Part shown: positions 23,004 through 31,745 of the stretch, in pieces
How the letters are laid out: every line of letters starts with the position of its first letter
Position numbering within the stretch: the first letter of the stretch is position 1
NCBI GenBank assembly: GCA_965240325.2
Contig: OZ251244.1
Location: 248,001 to 312,000 of the forward strand
Source: Rebecca billardiae RCC1528
Taxonomy: Eukaryota > Protista > Haptophyta
DNA length: 64,000 bases
Direction of reading: 5' to 3'
Notes under the pieces: model-generated
What the model saw: the letters and a program-made list of their open reading frames with translations, nothing else
Database searches by the model: none
What the model was told of the DNA's origin: nothing
Made by a program: the position numbers and the translations under genes

Positions 23004-23818
23004 GCAGCAGCCTGAGCCGGCCGCGCGACGACTCGTCGGTGAGCTTCGGCTCGGCGAGCGGCAGCAGCTCCGCCACGCCCGCCGCGCGCGCCGCCGCGCC
23101 CGCCGTCGCGCCGTGCGACGCGTTCGTGCTGCACAGCCCCGAGGACGATCCGGAGCAAAAGCGCATGGCGCTGCGGCGCTGGGCGCGCGCGTTCGCGCGC
23201 GCGCACGGCCGCCGCCCGCTCGTGTGGCTCGACGCGCTGTGCGCGGACCCGTCGCTGCTCCCCGCCGAGCTGCTCGAGCACGCGCCGTGCTACCTCGCCT
23301 GGAGCGCGCGCCTCCTCGTCCTCGCAGGGCCGCGGCTGCTCGACGACTTGCGAGCGGTGTGTGAGCTGGCGGTGTGGGGCGCGCTCGGCGGCGCGGCGGC
23401 CGACGTCGACGTCGAGCTGCTGCGGGGCGGCGGCGGGTGCGGCGGGTGCGCGGAGGCGGGCGCGGCGGTGGTCGCCTCGTTCGACGCGTTCCACGTCATG
23501 CACGCGCGCTGCCCCGTGCCCGAGATGCTCGGCCGGCTGCGCCTCGGCGTCGAGCTGGCGGGCGGCGGCCAGTTGAACGTGGCCGTGCGCGCCTTCCTGC
23601 CGACGGTCAAGGCGGCCGCGGAGCGCGCGCGCGGCGGCGGTGGTGCGGAGGAGGGCGCGCGCGCCGCCGAGCCGCACGCGGCCGTGCCGCCCGCCGACGG
23701 CGCCGCCGACGCCGACGCAACCGTCACCGCCGCCGCCGCCGCCGCGGGCGCGTCGGAGCGCCGCGTCGCGCTGCCGGCCGGGACGTCCGGCGAAACGGCG
23801 CGGCGACGAGCGGAGTGA
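19108..23818 (+). CDS. Nucleoside-hydrolase-like domain + about 6 TM + C-terminal TIR-like domain; exons 19108-19172, 19334-19782, 19891-20227, 20443-23818 (possible extra intron near 22090-22278)
   Basis: The NH part has LVIISDPGPDPDDAK, VPVGVG, VQGG, NNGFDTDAAAAV and KPYD. Hydrophobic helices lie at about 21090-21760. The TIR part reads CDAFVLHSPEDD...VWLDALC...LLVLAGP...AVCEL (about 23114-23610). Confidence 0.78.
20235..20346 (+). repeat. Intronic GGGTTA/GGGGTA telomere-like repeats interrupted by a duplicate of the exon end and donor
   Basis: ccatcgtgcagcacctcaacgggtgcgtg occurs at 20206 and 20286, each followed by (GGGTTA/GGGGTA)n. Confidence 0.85.
22910..22999 (+). repeat. (GGC)n coding microsatellite (poly-Gly)
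   Basis: About 30 consecutive GGC codons. Confidence 0.9.
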
Positions 23819-24225
23819 CGCGCGGCGCGGGGCCGGCGGTGACGCCGGCGCTGACGCGGCGGCCGAGAGAGTAGAGGCGCGTGCTGAGCGCGGGTCAGAG
23901 GCCGCCCCTTGTGCTGCTTGCTTGGGCTTGACGTGGCATTAGAACCTTCGGCGTGCAGCACATTAGCCGCCATCGTTCGTTCCTCGTTCTGATTAGAAAT
24001 CGTCCGGACCACGCGCCGTCGAAACGCGAAACCAACTCGGGTGCGCAACACCGGACCGCGGGCGGTTTCCCTCGAGCTCCTCTGCGCGGTAGATATCAGC
24101 AGGGCGGCTGCGGGCAGCCCGCGCCAGGTGGTGAGCAAGGCAGGCCGCGCACCGCGCAGCGGCGGCGCCCCTCGCGGCCGCGCCCCGGGCTCGCTCGGCG
24201 CGCGCGCGGGAGCGAGCGAGCAGCC

Positions 24226-24873
24226 ATGTACTCGGAGCTCGACGCGAACGCGCGGCGCAACTCGGCCGCCCCGGCGGGCGGCCTCGGCGGCGGCGGCGGC
24301 CCCGACGGTGTGAGCTCGATGGACGCGCTCAGCACGCGCCTGAACGCGACCTTCTCGAAGGAGCCGGTGGCGGTGCCGAAGGGCTCGCAGGTGGAGCAGT
24401 GCTCGTGGCTCGAGGAGTTCTTCAACTTCCTCTCCGCCGCGGGCCCCGCCGCGCGCCTCGACTGCGCCGTGCCCGACACAGTCGTCTTCAAGTACCAGCG
24501 GCCGATGACTTGGTTCTACTGGGACGAGATGGCGGGGGGGCACCGGCTGCCGCTCGGCGAGGACGGGGGCGGGGGGGCGCTGCTGGGCGGCGTCACGCCC
24601 GCCGCGCGCCCACCCCGCCCGCCGCCCGCGCCGGCGGGCTCGACGGCTGCGCTCGCCGTGCCCGGCTTTGGAGGAGGCGTGGCGGCGGGCGGCAGCGGCA
24701 GCGCGGGCGGCGGCAGCGGCGCGCACACGCCGACGCCGCGCTCGGCGAGGCGCGGCGGAGAGGAGGAGGCGGAGGGCGGCGCCGGCGTGCGCGCCGTGCC
24801 GGGCGAGCCCACGCCCGCGCTCAACGCCACCGCCGGCAGCAGCGGCGGCGGCGCCGGCGGCGGCGCGGGCGGC

Positions 24874-24917
<44 letters not shown>

Positions 24918-27900
24918 GGGCGGCGGCGTGTACGGCGCGCTGGTGCGCCACCCGGACTCGGTGCTCGCGCTCACGGCGAAGGAGATCCACGGCGGCTTCT
25001 GCGCCCCCGTCGACGTCGCGGGCCGCCGGCACACCAGCGACATTGTCGCCTACTACGTGCGTGCGCGCTAGCCCTAACCCTAACCCTAACCCTAACCCTA
25101 ACCCTAACCCTAACCCTAACCACGCCGGTGGCAGGGGCACACACCGCGCCGCGCCGGCGCGGCCTCACCGCCGCGCCCTCCGCCCCGCCCCAACACGCCA
25201 CAGGTGCGCACCGCGCGCGACCGGTACGGCGACGCCGTCCCCACCATCGAGTACTTTGACGAGATCGGGCTGCGCGACTTTCTGTACCACCGCGAGACGG
25301 GCGACAACGGGATCCTCCAGCGCTTCGTCGACCCGCACGGCGAGTGCAACAACCTGATACGCGTGCAGTGGACGGCGCACGTGTGCGCGATCCACCTCTG
25401 CAAGAATCGGTGTGTGCGCGCGCGCGCGCGCGGCCGCCGAGGGGGCCGCGCAGCGCGTTGGGCGGGCGTGGCGGCCGGGCGGCCGCGCCCCGCCGGCCGC
25501 GCCCCGCTGCGCGCGCGCGGCAGCCAGCGCGCTGGCGCGCGGGCGCGGCGCGGCGCCCTGTGCTGACGCCCCCCCTGCCCACGCCGCGTCCGCGCCCGCG
25601 CCGTGCAGCCACCCCTACCGCGAGCGGCGGTACGCACCGCGGCAGCGGGCGTCAACCTTCGACGCGGAGGAGGTGCGCGCGCGCGCGTGCGCGTGCGCGC
25701 GCGGGGATGGCCGCGCCGCGCCCTCGCCGCCCGCCCACCCGCGCCCCCACCCGCGCCCCGCGTCACAGGTGCACAAGTGGCAGCACTCGATGGAGCGCGG
25801 GCCCACGCGCCGCCGCATCAAGCTGGCCACGGAGCGCGTGCTCGCCGCGGTGAAAGGGCAGCTGCTCTCGCGCTACGAGCTCGTCTCCGCGGTCTTCTAC
25901 TTCAAGCTGGCGGCGGGGCGGCGCTCCGAGGATGTGGCGATGGCGCAGGCGGGCGTGGCGCTCGGCGGGGGCGGCGGCGGCGGCGCGGGCGGCGCGGGCG
26001 GTGGCGGCGGCGGTGGCCTGGACAACAAGCGCACGCTGCCCGGCCGGCTGCAGTCCGAGCTGCTGCTGCTGTGGTGCCAGGTGCGGGCGTGCGCGGCCGT
26101 GCGTGTTTTGCGGTGCTGGGCGCGCGGCTGTGGCGCCGCCGCGCGCCGAGCGAGCGAGCGCGCGCGTGCTGCGCGCACGCACACACACCCTGCGGCGCTG
26201 CGCTGCCTGGCACAGCGCACCAACCCTAACCCTAACCCTAACCCTAACCCCCACGCGCGCGCAGGGCATCAAGCTGCGCAACCGGCTCTCGGACCGCGTC
26301 AACATCCCGGTGCCGCCCACCGGCCTGGTGGCCGTGGACCCCTCCTTCTCGCGCCAGTCGGTCGTGCCCTCCTCGTATTTCCGGTGCCCCGTCTGCGGCA
26401 CCGTGGCGGACTCCGCGTCGCAGTACGGCGTGCCGGCCAAGCTGGTACTGCAGCACTTGCGGCAGATGGGCGCGGAGGACCGGCCGACGCTGCGCCGGCT
26501 GCTGCTCTCGCTCGGCGGCACGCCCAAGGAGGGTGCGTGTGCCCGTTTCCCCCTGAGACCCCTTCCCGCCGGGCGGCCGCGCAGCGGCCCAGCCGCCACC
26601 GCCCGCCGCCGCGCGCGCGCGCGCTCACGCGCGCGCGCCCTGTGCGCGTGCGCGCGCACACTACGCACGCGCGCGCACGCCACGCGCCGCGCACAGGCAT
26701 GCGGCGCGTGGCCAAGCGGCAGCTGCCCACGTACGTGCTCGAGCAGATCTTTGCCAGCGCGCAGGAGGGCGGGGGCGCGGGCGGCGGGGGCAGCGGGGGC
26801 GGCGCGGAGGGCGCGGGCGGCGCGGCGGCGGGCGCGGGCGCGGGCGGCGCGGACGGCGCGGACGGGCTCGGCGGCGGCGGCGCAGAGGATGAGGTGGCGG
26901 CGAGCTGGGCGGTGCGCGCGCTGCCTGCCGCCCAAGCGAGCGCGCCGCCCCGATGCGTGGCGCGCGCACGCGCGGCGGGGGCGGCAGCCAGCGCGTCACG
27001 GCACCACCCTGAGCCACCGCGCGCCGCCGCCCCCGCCGCCCCCGCCTCCGCCCCCGCCGCCTCCGCCGCCTCCGCCGCCGCCTCCGCGCCGCGCGCACCA
27101 CTTGGCCTCCCCCGGACTCGCGGCCTCTCCCGGACTCTCGCCGCCCGCCCCGGACTGTTGGGCCGCGTGCTGCGCAGGTGGACGCGTTCGACGAGCTCGC
27201 GCACCTGGCGGGCGGCGCGCGGCAGCGCGCGGCGGGCGCGCCGGCCTCGCCCGGCGCGGGCGCGGAGGGCCGTGCGCCCGGCGCCGCCGCGGCCGGCCGC
27301 GCGCGCGGCCGCGCCGGCGGCGCCGGCGGCGCGGGCGCGCGCGGCGCGCGCGGCGGCGGCGGCGCGCGCTCCGCCGGCGGCAGCTTTGGCGCTGGCGGCG
27401 GCGGCGCCGGGCTGGGCGGCGCGGGGCCGCAGACGCAAACGCTCATCAACCCTTTTACTGGCAAGTCCATCAACATTGGCGCGCACGGCGGCGGCGCGGG
27501 CGCGGACGGCGGCGCGGGGCGCTCGGCTGCGCTCGGCCTCGGCGGCGGCGGCGGCGGCGCGCTCGGCGGCGCGCGCGCGCTCTCGGCGAGCCACAGCCGC
27601 GGCTCTGCCGGCGGCGGCGGCGGCGGCGCGCTCGGCCCGCCGAGCCCGGCGCGGCCCGCGGGCGCGGCGGCGGGCGGCGGCGGCGCGCTCGCACATCGCG
27701 TGGCCACCGCGCCCGCCGGCGCGCGGCGCGGCGCGGCGCCGTGGCACGCGCCGGCCGACGGCGCGGCCGACGGTTACGCCGACCGTTACGCCGACCGTTA
27801 CTCGGAGGACTGGTCGGGCTCGAGCTCGGAGTCGGGCGACGAGCGCCCCGGCTCGGCGCAGCCCAGCGACGCGGGCTCCTGGCGCAGCCGCCACCCCTAC

Positions 27901-29830
27901 TCGCGCGGCGGCTTGGCGGCGTCGCTGTCGGGAGCGCACGCGCCCGGCATGCCGTCGTCGCGCGCCGCGGCGGCGGTGACGCTTGCCAAGACGGCCGCCT
28001 CGGACCCGGCGGTGGCGGCGCGGCTCGAGGTGCGCGCGCGATGGCGGCGGGCGCGCGGGGCCGCGCGCATCGAGCGCGTGCCCACGCCCCGGCTCGCGCA
28101 CGCCGCCGCCTCGACGCGCGGCGGCGCCGCCGTCGCGCCACCCGCCGCGCGCGCGCCGAGCGCCCGGAGCGACGGCGGCGCCGCCGCCGCGCGCGCGCCG
28201 CCCCTCTGCTGGGCCGCGCGCGCGCGCGCCTTCCCCCAACCGACCGCCTGCCTCCCCTCCGCCCCGTTGCCCTCCACGCCACCCGCCCCGTGTGTGTGTG
28301 CGTGCGTGCGTGTGCGCGTGTGTGCGCGTGTGTGCGTGCGTGTGCGTGCGTGTGCGTGTGCGTTTGCGTGTGCGCGTGCGTGCGCGTCCGCTGCCGCCGC
28401 CGCCTTCTCAGCTGATCGACGACCGGCTGGAGGACGACGTGGAGGAGACGGCGTTCCGGCTGCTGCTGCACGCGGACCTCTCGCTCACGCCCGGCCGGTA
28501 CAAGCGGCTGCGCGACACGGCGGACCCCGCCTTCCTCGCCGCTGAGCTCAACATGTGCGCGCGCGCCCACTGCGGTATCATGCGCGCGCCCACTGCGGCA
28601 CCGCCGCCCCGCCCGCGCGGCGAGCGCGCACGCCGGCTGCCGAGCACGGCCCGCACGCGCGCTCACCCCCTCCGCCTCCCCCCGCGCCCACACACACCGT
28701 ACCCACCTCTACCCGCATTCACCCGCCTGCACCCACCTCTCCCTAGGTGCATGAACTGCCTGCTGCGCTTCATGGACACCGTCTCCTCCGAGCACCTGGC
28801 GCTGCGCCGCTCGCTGTCGGCCGCGGGCATTGTGACGGCGGGCGCGCGCGGCTACTGCTGCTCGGCGCAGCACTATGAGAAGGAGGTGTGTGCGCGCGGG
28901 GGCGCGGGGCGGGGTGGGCGCGGTGGGCGGCGGTGCTGCTCCTGCTGCTGTGCTGTGCCTGCGGCCGCTGCTGCTGCATGCACCGAAGCCCGCGCAAGCG
29001 CTGGCGCCCGCCTTGCCATGCATGCACGCACGCGCGGCGCGGCGGGCAGCGCACACGCGGGGGCGCCACGCCGCGCGCGCGCACACTCACGGCGCGCGCG
29101 CACCCCCCGCTCCCGCGCGCAGCTGCACAAGTGCGACAACGTGTACGACGCGTACAGCTCCGGCCGGCACTCGCAGCCGCCCACGCCCCAGATCTCCTTC
29201 GTCTCCGCCGCCTCGGCCGAGGCCGGCGCGCGGCCGCGCGCGCGCACCGCGGCCGGTGCCGCGCGGCCGCGCGCCGCGCGCGCGGCCGGCGCGCGCGGCC
29301 GGCGCGGCGCCGACGGCGACGAGGCGGGCGCGCCTGCCGGCGCGCCGGCGGCGGAGGGCGCGCCCGCCGCGCGTCGCGGCCAGTCCGCGCCGCGTCCGCG
29401 CGAGCGCAAGGGCTCGCTCCTCGCGCAGTCCGCGCTCGCCAGCACGCCGGAGGCCAAGCTGGCCGAAGCGCGCTCAGCCAAGCGCGAGCGGCAGCGGGAC
29501 GCGGCGGTGGTGGTGGCCGCGGCGATCGCGAGCGGGCGGGGCCGCTCGTCCGCCGCGGTGTTCGACCGGCTCACCGGCGGCGGCGGCACGAGGGGCGGCG
29601 CCAAGGGCGCCGCCGCGCTCCCGCCGCTCGGCAACGGGCCGCGGCCGACCACCGCCGACGCGGCCGGCGGCGGCGGCGCGCCTCGGCCGGACGGCACGCT
29701 GGGCGGCGTGGGCGGCGGCGGCTCGCCCGACCCCGAGCGCGGCTGGTGGAAGAAGTCGTCGTACGCGCACGTCGCCGTCGGCGCGCACGCGCCGCGGCAC
29801 GCAGGCGCGCGGGCCCCGTCGTCGCCCTGA
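24226..29830 (+). CDS. Uncharacterised multi-exon protein (about 10 exons) with C-terminal Cys motifs
   Basis: Frame-consistent GT-AG introns at 25057-25203, 25410-25608, 25673-25768, 26081-26264, 26533-26696, 26894/26912-27177, 28030-28411, 28555-28746 and 28886-29122. Globular segments include VPDTVVFKYQRPMTWF and IEYFDEIGLRDFL...GILQRFVDPHG. Cys motifs: CPVC, CMNC, CCSAQH...HKC. Confidence 0.75.
25072..25122 (+). repeat. Intronic (CCCTAA)n telomeric repeat
   Basis: About 8 perfect CCCTAA units in intron 25057-25203. Confidence 0.9.
26222..26250 (+). repeat. Intronic (CCCTAA)n telomeric repeat near the 3' splice site
   Basis: About 4.5 units ending 14 nt before the end of the intron (CAG at 26262-26264). 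Confidence 0.9.
28290..28386 (+). repeat. Intronic (GT/GC)n microsatellite
   Basis: gtgtgtgtgtgcgtgcgtgcgtgtgcgcgtg... in intron 28030-28411. Confidence 0.8.
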
Positions 29831-31054
29831 TTGATGGCTGATGGCGTCCGTTCTCGTGATGACCGCGGTGATCACCGCCCGCCTTGGGCTTGATGTGGAT
29901 AGTCCGCCGGTCCGGGACTCGCGGGCGGACCGGGCGACGCCGTCACTCGTCAGTAGGGGGTCCAAGCCAGCAGCCCACCGATTGGTGATGATATTTGACA
30001 ACCATGCCCGATGCCCCGATAGATATGTAGTAGGCGTCTGATGAGCGTGGCGCCGTTGCCGCGGAGTCACCCCGTCTAGGCGCGCCGCGCGGCGCGCGCG
30101 CGCGGCGCGGCAGCGCAGCACCCGCACTGCCGCGCCACCGCAGTTCTGCAAGGCCCATCGAGGCGCACGGCGAGGCGCGCGTCGATGCAGTCGTCGCTGC
30201 GCACGGCCGCTCGGGCACGACGGTGCGGCAACGGCACGCACCACGGATGGCCCACCGGTCTGCAGGCGGCGGCTGCTGCAGGCGCGGGGCGAGCGGCGCA
30301 GGGCACATTGGCACAACCTGCACGGCGTAGACTTGCAGCCGTCGCTGAGCAGGCAACCCATCAGGCACGACGTGGTACGAGCGGCTCGCGTTGGTGCGCA
30401 TGTTGTGTTGTGCAGCTCGCGCCGGCGGGCACGCACCTCCACGATGGCGTCGCGCGCCGCGGGCAGCGCGGGTGACGGCTCGAAGGCCGTGCCCGTTGAC
30501 TTGATGACGTAAGCCAGCGCTAGACGAGTAGTAGTCGGGCATTAGTCGGCGAGCGGGTGGCTTATGGTAGGCTTGTGGTACGAGCTTCTCCATCAGGCCG
30601 TTCGTGCACGTCATCTGATGCGGTTGCGGCTGCTTGATCGCCGCCACGTGCCGCTAGATCTCCGCCAGATCGGCGCAGTACCTCGCGATGCCGACGATGG
30701 CATCTGGCGCTGGGTTTGGCGGCCAGGCCCGCGGAGCTGATCCTCGTCGCGCACGCGTGTGCGAGCGCGAGTGCCGGCAGCGTCGTCGAGCCACGCCGGC
30801 TGAGCGCCATTCTGCGTGTCGCGCGCGGCCTTCGCCTCCTGCAGCAGCGCGCTCGTTCACGTCATACTCAATCGTGTGTGCTGAGCGCACGCGGAGCGGC
30901 GGCGAAAGTGTCGAACCGCTGGGCGCTGGCTAGAGCAGGAACGGCGACTCGGCGAGTAGACGACGATTTGGCCGTCGGCGACTCGGCGTCGCTCGTCGCA
31001 AGGCACTGGCTCGGCCAGTCTGGACTGCGAGAGCCCGCCGCCACAGCGCGCCCG

Positions 31055-31573
31055 ATGGCTACCTTTAACTTTGGGCCCGCCTCGAACGACACGGATGAAT
31101 GGGTGTTCGGAGCCACGCGGCCCGCCGGCGCCTCGGCAGACCTCAACAAACCCGGCGCCATCGACCCGGCAGGGCCCGAATTCACGGCGTGGATGGCACT
31201 GATGAAGGAGAAGGGCGTGAAACACGTGGTAAGCCTTCTCAAGGAGGAAGAGCTCACCTACTTTGCGCCTCCAGGTTACGCAGCCGCCCTGCGGGACGCG
31301 GGATTCGTTGTGACGACAACGCTTCTGACTCAGGTGGACGAGGTACATGCTGCGCTGAAAGCTGCTCAGACCGCGGGGGAGAAGGTAGTCTTCCATTGCG
31401 TGGGTGGTGAACACCGCACGGGCAATGCCCTCGCTCTGGCACTCACGCTGCGTGGGCACAGCGCCGAGGAGGCATGCGCCACTGTCCACGAGGCATCCGC
31501 TGCCAAAGGTGTCTCCCGACACGCCGACATGGCCAAGGTCGCAGATCTGGCTGGTCAAGTCGCGCAAGGGTGA
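31055..31573 (+). CDS. Dual-specificity / tyrosine phosphatase (CX5R), intronless
   Basis: P-loop VVFHCVGGEHRTG and GVKHVVSLL. The N-terminus FNFGPAS...VFGATRP resembles prokaryotic DSPs (from recall, not searched). Confidence 0.85.
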   Translation: MATFNFGPASNDTDEWVFGATRPAGASADLNKPGAIDPAGPEFTAWMALMKEKGVKHVVSLLKEEELTYFAPPGYAAALRDAGFVVTTTLLTQVDEVHAALKAAQTAGEKVVFHCVGGEHRTGNALALALTLRGHSAEEACATVHEASAAKGVSRHADMAKVADLAGQVAQG

Positions 31574-31745
31574 GTGGACCTTTGTGGATGACTGCAGGCT
31601 CCTGGTTACTGATATCGCAGCAGAAGCGGCAAAATCAGCTGACTCACACATCACGGCGTCCATCATACGGCATCGTCAGCAGTCACGGTCGTCATCGTCG
31701 GCCCGGGACGGCGCGCCGAGAAAGTCTCGGACGGGCTACGTCCGT

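Noticed and set aside
25072-25122. Chromosome end or telomere fusion site
   Set aside because: The tracts are short, lie within introns of continuous genes and occur in both orientations.
735-30000. Many long antisense or overlapping Ala/Arg/Pro-rich ORFs (e.g. 735-1937, 12358-15435, 23290-25140)
   Set aside because: Stop codons are scarce at this GC content. These ORFs are shadows of real genes and have no domain motifs.
29841-31000. Possible gene between the 10-exon gene and the phosphatase
   Set aside because: No consistent frame, splice pattern or recognisable motif; at most a decayed fragment.
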